64,000 bases of DNA from Candidatus Aenigmatarchaeota archaeon (GCA_018920185.1 JAHLMT010000001.1:9875-73874); one strand, 5' to 3'. Shown: positions 10,460 through 20,750, counted from the first letter of the stretch. The notes: a model not told the origin generated them from the letters alone. Made by a program: numbers and translations.

Positions 10460-11134
10460 ATGGTAAAAATTGAAAAAACAAAGTTTTATGGAATTTTTAA
10501 AGTAGACGGAAATTTGGCAACTGTTAATTTAGTTCCTGGAGAAAAAGTCTATGGAGAAGAATTAATAAAAGAAAAAAATGTTGAATACAGATACTGGGAT
10601 TACTGGAGAAGTAAACCCGCAGCAGCTATTAAAAATGGGTTAAAGATTCTACCTTTAGAAAAAGGTATGAACATTCTTTATCTTGGTATAGCGAACGGGA
10701 CTACAGCTAGTCACTTTAGTGATATAATCGGAAAAGAAGGTTTGATATATGGTGTAGAAATTAGCGAAAGACCTTTTAGAGAATTATTGCCACTTGTAGA
10801 AAAACGCGGTAATATAGTTCCTATTTTATCCAATGCCAGAAAACCTGAAGATTATGAAGATCAAATTTTGGGGAAAGTAGATTTAGTTTATGAAGATGTT
10901 GCCACCGAAGATCAGGTTGAAATTCTGATTAGAAATTGTGAAAAATTTTTAAAGTCGGAAGGATTTGCCATTATTGCAATAAAATCACAATCGATTGATG
11001 TTACCCGACCACCTAAAGAAGTGTATGACGAGTGTTTACAAAAGCTAGAAAAACATTTTGAAATTCTAGATAAAGTTAAACTAGACCCATATGAAAAGTT
11101 CCATCTGTTTGTTGTGATGAAATCAAAAAAATAA
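10460..11134 (+). CDS. flpA: Fibrillarin-like rRNA/tRNA 2'-O-methyltransferase
   Basis: 224 aa. YRYWDYWRSKPAAAI and LYLGIANGTTASH motifs. Confidence 0.9.
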   Translation: MVKIEKTKFYGIFKVDGNLATVNLVPGEKVYGEELIKEKNVEYRYWDYWRSKPAAAIKNGLKILPLEKGMNILYLGIANGTTASHFSDIIGKEGLIYGVEISERPFRELLPLVEKRGNIVPILSNARKPEDYEDQILGKVDLVYEDVATEDQVEILIRNCEKFLKSEGFAIIAIKSQSIDVTRPPKEVYDECLQKLEKHFEILDKVKLDPYEKFHLFVVMKSKK

Positions 11135-11314
11135 TTATTTCTTCATCCGTCGTTTCAATTTTGTAATAACAAGTCTAATCCACGTCTTCGATTTCACTGA
11201 GATCACTTTCTATGAGAGCTTATGACAGCCATTCTACGATTGTTTGTTTCTGATGCAATCTAACACCTCATCTTGTGTAAAATTGCCGCATGCTGTTATA
11301 TGATCTGTTTTTAA

Positions 11315-11485
11315 TCACTTTGAGCAATTAATACATCCAACATAACCTTTCTTTTCTATCAATTCTGTTAAACTAATTTCACTGTTGCAAGCTGGACAAG
11401 ATACAGTTACCCTCGGTATATCAAGCCTTGTAAAGTTATTTATTTTGAAATCAGTACGAATTTTCACACACTCACTGATTATCAC
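11315..11485 (-). CDS. Small zinc-ribbon protein (56 aa, no ATG; possible GTG start), paralog of 12278..12478
   Basis: Hand translation gives ...VSCPACNSEISLTELIEKKGYVGCINCSK. This resembles the C-terminal half of the 66-aa ORF at 12278..12478 (…ECPACSSEVSLNEIIEEKGNIRCVKCV). Confidence 0.3.
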   Translation of the reverse strand: MIISECVKIRTDFKINNFTRLDIPRVTVSCPACNSEISLTELIEKKGYVGCINCSK

Positions 11486-11530
11486 AATAAACTCAACATA
11501 TAAATACTTATCTATTCAATTAATTAACAA

Positions 11531-12049
11531 ATGTCTGAAAAAAGAGAATCTAAGAAGACAAAAGTTCAATTACAACCCAAATCTCCTTCAAAAGTTGAAC
11601 AAACGTCCATTGATGAAATTGATATGAAAATTCTTAGAATTCTTAATTGGGATGCTAGGTTATCATATCGCGAAATTGCTCGACAGACAAAATTATCGAC
11701 AGGAACTGTTATAGCAAGATTAAACAAACTCAGAAAAGAAGGTGTAATAAACGGGTATTCAGTTAACATAAATCCTAAAAAATTGGGATTTGGATTAACA
11801 GCTATAATAGAAGTGATAGCGCCTAAAATAAGTTTGATGCAAGCTATGCGAGATATAAAAGAACTGCCAAATATCCAAGGAATTTATCATTTAACAGGTG
11901 ATGTGGACATTATCATCATGGCAAAATTCAAATCTATAGAACACTTGCAAAATTTTCTTAATGAACTTTACAAGAAAGAAGATATACAAAGAACTCACAC
12001 GAGAATTGTGTTAGATACATTAAAAGAAGATTTTAGAATTATTATTTAA
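11531..12049 (+). CDS. lrp: Lrp/AsnC-family transcriptional regulator
   Basis: 172 aa. HTH (SYREIARQTKLSTGTV) plus C-terminal RAM domain. The K/S-rich N-terminal extension may mean the real start is the later MKILRIL. Confidence 0.8.
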   Translation: MSEKRESKKTKVQLQPKSPSKVEQTSIDEIDMKILRILNWDARLSYREIARQTKLSTGTVIARLNKLRKEGVINGYSVNINPKKLGFGLTAIIEVIAPKISLMQAMRDIKELPNIQGIYHLTGDVDIIIMAKFKSIEHLQNFLNELYKKEDIQRTHTRIVLDTLKEDFRIII

Positions 12050-12174
12050 TATTCTTCTTCGTAATCACTAGGAGTTGTCCATTTTTCTTGTTCTTTTTCC
12101 AGTTTAGCTCCACATCTGCTACAGAACTCGATATTATCGGAATACTCTAATTTACAAATTCTACACAGCTTCAT
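12046..12174 (-). CDS. 42-aa zinc-ribbon protein
   Basis: Hand-translated MKLCRICKLEYSDNIEFCSRCGAKLEKEQEKWTTPSDYEEEY. CxxC-x10-CxxC. Stop overlaps the lrp stop. Confidence 0.35.
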   Translation of the reverse strand: MKLCRICKLEYSDNIEFCSRCGAKLEKEQEKWTTPSDYEEEY

Positions 12175-12277
12175 ATCATCACATTAAAGAAGGGAAAAGT
12201 TGGAGAACTCTTTAGTTTATTATTTGTGGATCCTCCAAGGGGTTAGTTCTCCAACTTTGGTTGATCGGCCAAAAGGG

Positions 12278-12478
12278 TTATACACATTTCACACATCTTA
12301 TGTTTCCTTTCTCCTCTATAATTTCATTCAAACTAACTTCACTACTGCATGCGGGACATTCAAATGCAACTCTAGATTCTGATTGTTCTACCTTGTAAGA
12401 TTTTACTGGTGATATGGGCAATTTTTTTAAATTCATTGCTATCAGTGTTGAAAAATTAGAATGGAGTTTTATAAACAT
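12278..12478 (-). CDS. 66-aa zinc-ribbon protein
   Basis: ORF with CPAC...CVKC. Confidence 0.45.
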   Translation of the reverse strand: MFIKLHSNFSTLIAMNLKKLPISPVKSYKVEQSESRVAFECPACSSEVSLNEIIEEKGNIRCVKCV

Positions 12479-12621
12479 CTCCTATAACAGAATTTATAAA
12501 ATCTTTTCTATTTCTTAGAGAACCATAAAGTATATAAATAGGTTTTTATAAGAAATTTTACACTATTATAAAAATTTTCAAAGTATTTAAGTTTGTTGTA
12601 TGAAAATTTTAAAGTGAAAAT

Positions 12622-13560
12622 ATGCAAGCAACGCTAATAGAGAATAATGGAAATGTGAGAATTGCATACGATTCTTTAATTTTGGACAATCCAAAGGCAT
12701 TTTCTGCATTAAATAGCAAAGTTGCTTTAAAAATTGTTAAAGCTTTAGCTGAATCGCCAGCTTCTGCGATAGATCTTTCTAGGAAATTAAAAATACACGA
12801 ACAGAAAGTTTATTACCACATCAGACGACTTGAAAAAGCTGGGATAATTTATACTATTTCCAATGAAAGAAGACACGGGATGATTGCAAAAATTTACAGT
12901 ATTGTTTCGCCTGTGATTGCCACCAAATTATGTGAGAAAGGAGTTGAAATTAAAGAAAATACGGATTTTGGTTTAGACAAAAAAATTTTAGAATTTCTTT
13001 CCCCATTCGTGACTGATGGGAAATTGAACTCTTTTATTATAGTAGGTGACACATATTCTCACGGAAAGTTCGATAAAGGTTCCGACGAATTAAACTACAT
13101 GGTAGAACTATTAATGTTTTTTGGCAAGTTTGATGGATGGTCAAATGAAACATACAGTAAATTAGATACAAAAGTTAAAGATAACGAATTAAAAAATAAT
13201 CTTATACTAATTGGTAATAACAAAACTAATTCTATAATAGAAAAGATAAACTCAAAATTACCAGCTTATTTTGATGATACAGGAAAAGAGGCTTTAACTT
13301 CTAAAATAACTAATACAACTTACTCTGACCCAAGGATAGGCGTTATTATTAAAACAAAGAATCCATTCAACCACGATAAATCAATATTGGTAATAGGAGG
13401 TATAGGGAGAAGAGGGGCACAATCGGCAACATTGGCACTAACAAAATATCGAAATATGTTTGTAGAAAGTATTAAAAACTCTGATAATATTGTAAAAGTA
13501 GTTAGAGGATTCGACGCAGATTCAGATGATATAATAGATACAATAAAAATTTTGGAGTGA
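12622..13560 (+). CDS. Winged-HTH (ArsR-like) protein with uncharacterised C-terminal domain
   Basis: 312 aa. N-terminal wHTH (LKIVKALAESPASAIDLSRKL...YYHIRRLEKAGII); C-terminal ~200 aa of unknown fold. Confidence 0.5.
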   Translation: MQATLIENNGNVRIAYDSLILDNPKAFSALNSKVALKIVKALAESPASAIDLSRKLKIHEQKVYYHIRRLEKAGIIYTISNERRHGMIAKIYSIVSPVIATKLCEKGVEIKENTDFGLDKKILEFLSPFVTDGKLNSFIIVGDTYSHGKFDKGSDELNYMVELLMFFGKFDGWSNETYSKLDTKVKDNELKNNLILIGNNKTNSIIEKINSKLPAYFDDTGKEALTSKITNTTYSDPRIGVIIKTKNPFNHDKSILVIGGIGRRGAQSATLALTKYRNMFVESIKNSDNIVKVVRGFDADSDDIIDTIKILE

Positions 13561-14120
13561 TTAAATGATAATAAAAATAAAAACAGATATACCTCAGAGT
13601 CCAAAATAAGGAAAGCAGCAGAAAAGATTCATTTTCTTAAAGAAAGATATCACGTACAAGGTAAGATTCCTGTCTATTTACCTGGGCATGGCGCAGAACG
13701 AGACTGGAAATCTGGCGTCGATAGGGTTTTGCGGAATATTTAGCTTAATTTATATCCAGTTGTTGTTTCTCAAGAAGACTTAACTAGACCGGTGGATACA
13801 AGGCACCATCATCAAATAGCATAAAAAAACTCAAAATAAAAGGAACAGAGTTCGGCATTACTTTTGATACCTCAAGTAAAGGTTTCATAGAAATATATAA
13901 TCAAATAATACCCGCAAGTTCTAGCTTAGCTGGTATACAAACTCTAAATAAAAAGAAAGGGGAGGAAAAATAAAATAAAAACTTCACAACCTGTTATATG
14001 GTACGATACATCCTATTACATTAGTTTTACTGATAAAGTTCAACCGAATCTTTCTCAATCCTCTATCAAGGATATACGTCTTACTTACAGTGGCTATTTC
14101 TTCCATTTTTATCCCTCCTT

Positions 14121-14318
14121 TCAAAAGTGTCTAATCACAGCCCTTTTATTGTAGTATGTTGTGTAAAAGTTAGGCAACCTTGTTTGTTTCTGACTTATAA
14201 TAGAAGCGTCTAAGAAACTCCCACAACATTGTTTACAGAAAATTCTTCTTGAACCAAAACCATCAATAAATCTTATCATTCTAAATGAACCACATCTGAA
14301 ACATTTCATCCTCGGCAC
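14121..14318 (-). pseudogene. IS1595/ISXO2-like transposase N-terminal zinc-ribbon fragment (remnant)
   Basis: 65-aa ORF with CFRCGS...R...FCKQCCGSF...TRLP pattern, matching the transposase zinc-ribbon domain. The downstream frame is broken by stops. Confidence 0.35.
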
Positions 14319-14544
14319 CTAAAGAGAATTAGTTAATTGGATATACGTGACTTTCGGAGGGGTTCATTTCCCACATCTTTTGAAAAGAAGATAATATAGA
14401 TCTTCTTTCGAGTTTTTCTGTCTTAAATTATCATATTAGTGTTTAAAATTCTTTTATTTAACCTCTTAATCTATCAGAAGGTCTGGATGACTTTTACCCT
14501 ATGTATAACTACCAACAGTAATTTTCCCATCCTAATTTCTAGGA

Positions 14545-15645
14545 TTAACTTAGCAATTTTAAATTTCTCAAAAACTTATTCAAATACTTTGCAGGGAATC
14601 TGCATCCTGCAGCTTGTGTATGCCCGCCACCGTTAGAATCGGGTATATCCTTAATAGTGTTAATAGCTAACTCATTCAAATCAACAATACAAACTTTACC
14701 TCTCCTAAAGCTTACATCAATATACTTTCCAGATTTCTGATATATCACAAGAATTTCACTCGTTAGTCTTTTAGCAAGATAGGTAGCCAACGGAGATTTC
14801 ATGTTATATCTTGACTTAACTTCATACAAAATTATTTTCTTAATTTGCTTTTTCTTTTTCTCAAAATCTTTTATCAATCGATTAAATTCCTTGTCAGCTA
14901 CAGAAAACCACTCTAACAATTTTTTAGCTCCAGATTTTCCTTTCAGAACTTCATGATAGTTTTTTGCTTTAATCAATATATCAAGTGCGGCAACGGATCC
15001 TTCGACACCATTAACAACTCGCGCACTATCAAATATTTTCGCAAGTTTGCCAAGTAGAGAATTATCAAATAATATCTCATCTATATTTTGATTATTATCA
15101 ACAAGCTCTTTTTTGTTTGATTTGATATTTTCAAACAAATCATTACAGTTCTTTAATCCCATATCTGATAAAGTTCCTATACCAGCAATCCAAAGAATCT
15201 CTTTTGTATCTAAATACTTCTCATAAATCTTGTAGCAAAGATATGTTGTAGGCAAGTAAATTTCTTTATTGAAAACTCTTGGATTAACATAAGTTATCAA
15301 TACATAACCTTTCGGCACATGATGGTCTATAATCATTACTTGTGAGGTATTTCTAAGCTCTGTAAGAATACTTACATTTACATCGGATATATCAACTATA
15401 ATTACATAATTTGGTTTGAGTTTTTTAATTTTGTCTAAAACATCTTCTGTTACTGAAGAATTCGATCCAGATACTACTAGATTTGATTCGATTTTGTAGA
15501 TGGTTTTTAATAATCTATAGATTATTGCAGCCGAACAAATACTGTCATTATCGTGACCGTGAATTATTGAAACTTTATCCCCAGGTTTAATTCTTTCTAA
15601 AAATTTCACAGCAGGGATTATCACATTTTCAACAATTTCTTCCAT
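14545..15645 (-). CDS. DHH/DHHA1-family phosphoesterase (NrnA/RecJ-like)
   Basis: 366 aa. Motifs HGHDNDSICSAA, MIIDHH, GGGH. Confidence 0.75.
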   Translation of the reverse strand: MEEIVENVIIPAVKFLERIKPGDKVSIIHGHDNDSICSAAIIYRLLKTIYKIESNLVVSGSNSSVTEDVLDKIKKLKPNYVIIVDISDVNVSILTELRNTSQVMIIDHHVPKGYVLITYVNPRVFNKEIYLPTTYLCYKIYEKYLDTKEILWIAGIGTLSDMGLKNCNDLFENIKSNKKELVDNNQNIDEILFDNSLLGKLAKIFDSARVVNGVEGSVAALDILIKAKNYHEVLKGKSGAKKLLEWFSVADKEFNRLIKDFEKKKKQIKKIILYEVKSRYNMKSPLATYLAKRLTSEILVIYQKSGKYIDVSFRRGKVCIVDLNELAINTIKDIPDSNGGGHTQAAGCRFPAKYLNKFLRNLKLLS

Positions 15646-15688
15646 CCAATCAACTACTGTTTAATTTTATAAATACTAATTCAAAACC

Positions 15689-16147
15689 ATGAAGGTTTAC
15701 ATAATAGTTCCACTTGCACACAGATTTGACGAGAGTACAAGAGAAGAGTTTATCAAGCTAGTAAATCTTGTAGATTCAATATTAAAAGAATTCAAATTTT
15801 CCACTTACATAACATATAGGGATTTCCTTCAGTGGGGGAGAATTACATACAATCCCAATACAGTTTTCGAAAAACTTGAACTCGAATTAAAAACTTCTGA
15901 TTTGGTTGTAGCTTTAAATCCAAACGAAGGAATTGGGAGTAACATCACTCTTGGTATAGCAGCCACTTTAAAGAAATTTATAATTATTTTATTAAATAAA
16001 GAATTTGATATAAGTTCTTTACCAGGTAAGATGTACCAAGGGTTTAATAAAATAACAAAATGTGAAATTTTAGTCTATAGTGATGTAGACGATCTTAAGA
16101 AAAAATTACGAAAAACGATAAGAGAATTTTTAAAATCACGAAAGTAA
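15689..16147 (+). CDS. Nucleoside 2-deoxyribosyltransferase-like protein
   Basis: 152 aa. KVYIIVPLA N-terminus and DLVVAL...GIGSNITLGIAAT core resemble the Nuc_deoxyrib_tr fold. Confidence 0.45.
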   Translation: MKVYIIVPLAHRFDESTREEFIKLVNLVDSILKEFKFSTYITYRDFLQWGRITYNPNTVFEKLELELKTSDLVVALNPNEGIGSNITLGIAATLKKFIIILLNKEFDISSLPGKMYQGFNKITKCEILVYSDVDDLKKKLRKTIREFLKSRK

Positions 16148-16148
16148 T

Positions 16149-16763
16149 TCAGTCCTTTTCTTCCTTCATTTTTTCAAAAGTTTCTTTGTCTAAAACAATA
16201 ATAGGCATTTGTGATTTCTTTTGCTTAGTGCTTGTGAAAAATTCAGTCAATGACGTCAGGGTGTCAACATAATGTAATATCAAAGCTTCCAAACTTTTCG
16301 GTGGTGTACGTTCACCTTGTGTTGCAGCTACTATATGAATAACATCTTCAGGAAATCCTCTTGCGTAGAGTTCGCTTATGCCAAGAAAGACGTGATCTAA
16401 AATTATACCTGTAGGTACAGGATCTCCTTCTTCGTCTATTTTCCATTCATAAACTTTCATAATATCATGAAGTAGAGAACCAGCAATTAGAACATCTCTA
16501 TCAACTCTCAATCCGTAATTTTTCTCGAAGGTATCTGCAATCTTTAAACACAGTTCAGTATTAGTAGCAGTGTGATTGACAACTTCTCTGATAGCAACCC
16601 CCACATCACCAACAGAAAAAAGCGTTCTAACCTTTTCGATATCTTCTCTAGGGTATTTCTGAAATTGTGGATTGGACAATTTAGGATTTTTAATTAAATC
16701 AATTACCTTTTCTCTTAACTCTTTGTTTTCAATTTTATTCGCCAATTCTAATAGTTTTTGCAT
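16149..16763 (-). CDS. HD-domain phosphohydrolase
   Basis: 204 aa. H...HD...H...D motif set (LLHDIMK, HIVAATQGE, HYVD). Confidence 0.6.
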   Translation of the reverse strand: MQKLLELANKIENKELREKVIDLIKNPKLSNPQFQKYPREDIEKVRTLFSVGDVGVAIREVVNHTATNTELCLKIADTFEKNYGLRVDRDVLIAGSLLHDIMKVYEWKIDEEGDPVPTGIILDHVFLGISELYARGFPEDVIHIVAATQGERTPPKSLEALILHYVDTLTSLTEFFTSTKQKKSQMPIIVLDKETFEKMKEEKD

Positions 16764-16799
16764 AAAGTTTGTTATTCAATAAAGTTTTTAAATATAATA

Positions 16800-17087
16800 T
16801 TATCCAAATAATGAACTTAACCCAGCTGCAGCCTCTTCAGCTTTCTTAGCTTCTTCTTCTCCAGATTTTTCCTCTTTTTTCTCATGAGATGCGGTAGGTT
16901 GGGCAGTAAAAGAAACAGCTTCCTTCAAAGCTTCATCAATATTAACCCCAGATAAAGATGCGACAAGAGCCTTAATTTTAGCATCGTCAACATTTGCGCC
17001 AGCAGTCGACAAAATCTTCTTTACATTATCTTCATTAATCTGTTGCCCACTTTCGTGCAATATCAATGCAGCATAAATCTCTTGCAT
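16800..17087 (-). CDS. rpl12: Ribosomal stalk protein P1 (L12e)
   Basis: MQEIYAALILHESG N-terminus; Ala/Glu/Lys-rich hinge; C-terminal GLSSLFG. Start taken at the internal Met of the 99-aa ORF. Confidence 0.8.
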   Translation of the reverse strand: MQEIYAALILHESGQQINEDNVKKILSTAGANVDDAKIKALVASLSGVNIDEALKEAVSFTAQPTASHEKKEEKSGEEEAKKAEEAAAGLSSLFG

Positions 17088-17088
17088 T

Positions 17089-17829
17089 TTATCCACCAAC
17101 TCTCTTCTCCAGTGCTTTTCCTCTCTGATATGCTTTAGTTAACAAATATTTAATGTTTTCCTTTGTAGGATAATTAATAGCAATAGAAAGATTTAAAGCT
17201 TGATTAAATGCTTCTTTCAACTTCTGTAGATATACTTCAACCAATTCTAGAGTTTCTTTAGGATATATTGTTCCATCAAAGAGCATCTCAACATTTAATT
17301 TTATATCAGCAATTTTCATCTTTAACTTTCTTAAGACACTAGCAATTTCTTTTGTGACTTCCTGACCTTTCTTAAGAATTGTTGATTGTTTTTTAACAGC
17401 AATTTTTCCACCCTCAACCCCAGCAACAATCCCGACTTTGTGCAACTCGCTAATAGCAGGCCCGGGTAATAAATCAGTCGGTCCAGGTTGGACAACTACA
17501 TCTTCATTAACAACATAACCTTCTTTTGCATAAGTTTTAAATTTCATCCCATTTACTTCTTTGAAAAATTCAAACACATCCATATTAGTAAAAACAAGAG
17601 CAGGTTGCTTGGACAGATACTTCACTAGATCCTTACCTGTTTCTTTCATAGCAATTTCTACTAAAGTTTTTTTACTTACTTTTATCAACGCTTTATCACC
17701 AAGAGATTTTTTAATTAATTGCATTTCTCTCGTCGGCATTTTCATCATGTTGACTACTCCAATAACTTTATAATTTCTTAAAAGATTCTTCAGCTCGTTC
17801 AATTCCTTTTCTTTCTTTTCAGTTGTCAT
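17089..17829 (-). CDS. rpl10: Ribosomal protein uL10 (P0)
   Basis: 246 aa. Lies between L1 and P1 with typical P0 sequence. Confidence 0.8.
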   Translation of the reverse strand: MTTEKKEKELNELKNLLRNYKVIGVVNMMKMPTREMQLIKKSLGDKALIKVSKKTLVEIAMKETGKDLVKYLSKQPALVFTNMDVFEFFKEVNGMKFKTYAKEGYVVNEDVVVQPGPTDLLPGPAISELHKVGIVAGVEGGKIAVKKQSTILKKGQEVTKEIASVLRKLKMKIADIKLNVEMLFDGTIYPKETLELVEVYLQKLKEAFNQALNLSIAINYPTKENIKYLLTKAYQRGKALEKRVGG

Positions 17830-18479
17830 AACACCACCCTCACAGGTTTGCTCATCGTGAGCTTAAGCAAAACCTTGCCAATATTTTGTCTTCCTTTTGG
17901 AAGTTTAGTTTCTAAAAATTTTAGCACAGATTCGACATTTTCGGCAATCTTCCGAGTCTCCATCGACTCTTTACCAACAATGCATTGAATTACTGGTGCA
18001 TTTTTAACGACAATCCTTACACTCTTCTTATAATTCTCAACCATCTTTTCTGCTTCGTCGCTAATAATTTTTGGCATCTTACCTCTGGGTGCAAGTATCT
18101 GTCCTAATAATCTCCCTATTAATGGCATCAACGATGCTTCGGACAAAAAGAAATCGGTGTCTTTAGCCATCCTTTTAGCTTCTTTTTTATTGCTGGCAAT
18201 TCTTTGTATATCAGATGAAGTTAAAATGTTACATCCCAAGTCATTTAAGTTATCAGAAAATACTACAACTACAGCATCTTCTCCCCTACCATGTGGCAAA
18301 ACTAAATCCTCCGAGAACTTACTTTCTGGTTTCTTCAAATCTATTCCTTTGAGAGAGACAATCAAATCAACACTCTGTATAAAGTTTCTTTTCTCGCTTT
18401 TCTTCAGTTCATTCAACGTATTTTCAATCTGTTCTAACATCCAACCCTCCTGCCTAAGCAGTCTAACGGGACATTCCAA
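17826..18479 (-). CDS. rpl1: Ribosomal protein uL1
   Basis: 217 aa, L1 family, in the L1-P0-P1 operon. Confidence 0.8.
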   Translation of the reverse strand: MECPVRLLRQEGWMLEQIENTLNELKKSEKRNFIQSVDLIVSLKGIDLKKPESKFSEDLVLPHGRGEDAVVVVFSDNLNDLGCNILTSSDIQRIASNKKEAKRMAKDTDFFLSEASLMPLIGRLLGQILAPRGKMPKIISDEAEKMVENYKKSVRIVVKNAPVIQCIVGKESMETRKIAENVESVLKFLETKLPKGRQNIGKVLLKLTMSKPVRVVL

Positions 18480-18628
18480 CTATGACTTTTATATTTAAAT
18501 ATGTTAAAATACTTTATATGGCGTTCTTTGATGTTGCTACTGTAAACTTAGCAGTGGCGATATTTGTAGTGGTTGCTTTAGCCGAATTCGCCAAATATAG
18601 ACAAACATGACCACACGCTTTCAGACTG

Positions 18629-18820
18629 TTGGCATCTGCAGGTTTATTATTTCTAGTCGCGGGTGTATTTACTCTACCAGATGTCTTTGGACTTTCTGTA
18701 AATACAATAATCAGTAACATTGCACAATTCCTTGGTGAAATAGTTTCACTAGTAGCGCTAGTATTTCTCGTGTGGGATTCTCTGAAAGATTGGAAAAAAA
18801 GATTTGAGGATGTGAGCTAA
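18629..18820 (+). CDS. Small membrane protein (hypothetical)
   Basis: 63-aa hydrophobic ORF. Confidence 0.3.
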   Translation: MASAGLLFLVAGVFTLPDVFGLSVNTIISNIAQFLGEIVSLVALVFLVWDSLKDWKKRFEDVS

Positions 18821-18896
18821 AGCAAGAAATTTTGATTTTGTCAGTCGTTTCTATACTTTATAAGGCTTAAATTTATATAGAATTAACTGTGATAGA

Positions 18897-19469
18897 ATGG
18901 GAAAGCAAAAAATAAGAGTAAAAGATTTAGAAAAAGAGGCGGAGCCAAAAGAAGAGAAGAAAAAACCAGAGATTAAGAAGGAGTTAGCCCCCCAGCTAGT
19001 TATTCGTGTAGCCGGTACTGATCTCGATGGTACCAAACCCGTTATCAGAGCTCTGAGGAAGATAAAAGGAATAGGATTTGCCATGAGTAATGCAATCTGT
19101 AGTGCTGCCAAAATAAATCCTTCGACAAAATTATCGGATTTAACTGAAGATCAGATTTCAAACCTAGAAAAAATAATTAAAAATCCTGTGAACTTTGGTA
19201 TACCACCTTTCCTAGTAAATAGAAGAAGAGATATGGCAACTGGAAATGACATACATTTAACAAGTTCTGATTTGGATATAACTAAAAAATTTGATATACA
19301 AAGATATGTTGACTTAAGAACTTATCGTGGTTGGAGACATATGTTAGGACAACCTGTCAGAGGGCAAGAAACAAGAAGCTCCTTCAGACAGAGAGGAGTA
19401 ACTGTTGGAGTTATGAAAAAATCGGCCTTACAAAAACAGACAGAAGCCGCTAAAGAAAAACAAAAGTGA
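18897..19469 (+). CDS. rps13: Ribosomal protein uS13 with K/E-rich N-terminal extension
   Basis: 190 aa. Core LVIRVAGTDLDGTKPVIRALRKIKGIG. Confidence 0.85.
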   Translation: MGKQKIRVKDLEKEAEPKEEKKKPEIKKELAPQLVIRVAGTDLDGTKPVIRALRKIKGIGFAMSNAICSAAKINPSTKLSDLTEDQISNLEKIIKNPVNFGIPPFLVNRRRDMATGNDIHLTSSDLDITKKFDIQRYVDLRTYRGWRHMLGQPVRGQETRSSFRQRGVTVGVMKKSALQKQTEAAKEKQK

Positions 19470-19473
19470 TTAA

Positions 19474-19971
19474 ATGAAGAGACAAAGGAAAAAATATGAG
19501 ACTCCTTATCGACCATGGGATAAGGAAAGAATAGAAACAGAGAAAAAACTGTTGAAAGATTTCGGACTGAAGAGAAAAAGAGAAATTTGGAGAGCAGAAG
19601 GATTATTAAGAAAATACAGAAGACTGGCTCGTGAGCTGATTAGTAAGCAAGACAAAGAAAAAGAAAAAATTTTGATAGGAAAATTATCTAAACTTGGTAT
19701 ACTCACCAAAGAAGCAACTCTAGATGATGTCCTTGGTCTTACAGTCGAAGATTTTCTAAACAGAAGACTACAAACTATACTTTTTAAACAGAATTTAGCT
19801 AACACACCTAAACAAGCAAGACAATTTATTACTCATGGACATGTTTTTATTGGTGATAGGAAAATTACTTACCCAAGTTACCTAGTACCGGTAGAGGAAG
19901 AAAATAAAATTACTGTAAAGATAACTCCACTTAGAAGTTCAAAAGGTGAGACAGATGGAACAACAAACTAG
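19474..19971 (+). CDS. rps4: Ribosomal protein uS4
   Basis: 165 aa, S4 domain. Confidence 0.85.
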   Translation: MKRQRKKYETPYRPWDKERIETEKKLLKDFGLKRKREIWRAEGLLRKYRRLARELISKQDKEKEKILIGKLSKLGILTKEATLDDVLGLTVEDFLNRRLQTILFKQNLANTPKQARQFITHGHVFIGDRKITYPSYLVPVEEENKITVKITPLRSSKGETDGTTN

Positions 19972-20359
19972 AAAAGAAGAAAGATGGGGAATAGCACATA
20001 TCTACAGTACTGCAAACAACACAATAGTGCACATAACTGACATTACGGGCAGTGAAACCATAGCACGGTTTTCAGGAGGGATGATGACTGATAAGGATAG
20101 GGAACAAGGAATGCCGTTTCCAGCTATGCTCGCAGCACGAAAAGCTGGAGAGATGGCGCTAGAAAAGGGGATAACTGGTGTACATATAAGAGTAAGAGCA
20201 AGAGGATCTCAATATAGCAAGTCACCAGGTATGGGAGCTCAACCTGCAATTAGAAGCCTGGCGCGTGTAGGATTAAAAATCGGCACGATAGAAGATGTGA
20301 CACCTATAACCCATGGAGAATTAAGAAAGAAAGGCGGCAGGCTTGGGAGGCGTGTCTGA
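19946..20359 (+). CDS. rps11: Ribosomal protein uS11
   Basis: 137 aa. [19 protein letters not shown] motif. Confidence 0.85.
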   Translation: MRQMEQQTRKEERWGIAHIYSTANNTIVHITDITGSETIARFSGGMMTDKDREQGMPFPAMLAARKAGEMALEKGITGVHIRVRARGSQYSKSPGMGAQPAIRSLARVGLKIGTIEDVTPITHGELRKKGGRLGRRV

Positions 20360-20480
20360 GCTGTTTTAGACCTTCTTAACAAAAAATAAGCCTTATTTTG
20401 ACTTTCCAAAGCGATGTGACCGGCCAGACAACCAAAAACTTTATATCCCCCTACCTCTAATTCCCATATAAGGCGATTCC

Positions 20481-20699
20481 ATGGGGGTATCTCAACTGTT
20501 CAAAGATATAAGTAAGATGGGAATCTTGATTAGCTTTCTTGCTGCGCTCGCATACGAGTTCACTGGAGCAAATTCCTTGAAAGTGATTTCTATAGTCACA
20601 GGACTACTGTCATTGATAATCTTATCATCTTATCTCTCCCAGACTAAAGGCATAAGCAAAGCTAGAGATATTTTAGTGTTTCTCAGATTACTAAAGTAA
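20481..20699 (+). CDS. Small membrane protein (hypothetical)
   Basis: 72-aa hydrophobic ORF. Confidence 0.3.
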   Translation: MGVSQLFKDISKMGILISFLAALAYEFTGANSLKVISIVTGLLSLIILSSYLSQTKGISKARDILVFLRLLK

Positions 20700-20750
20700 C
20701 TACATAAACTTTAAATTGATGGAAAACACAATTCTACTACTGTTGGTTAG

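Noticed and set aside
11385-11627. 80-aa + strand ORF upstream of lrp
   Set aside because: It has no recognisable fold, lies antisense to the paralogous small zinc-ribbon ORF, and overlaps the lrp start. It is probably spurious.
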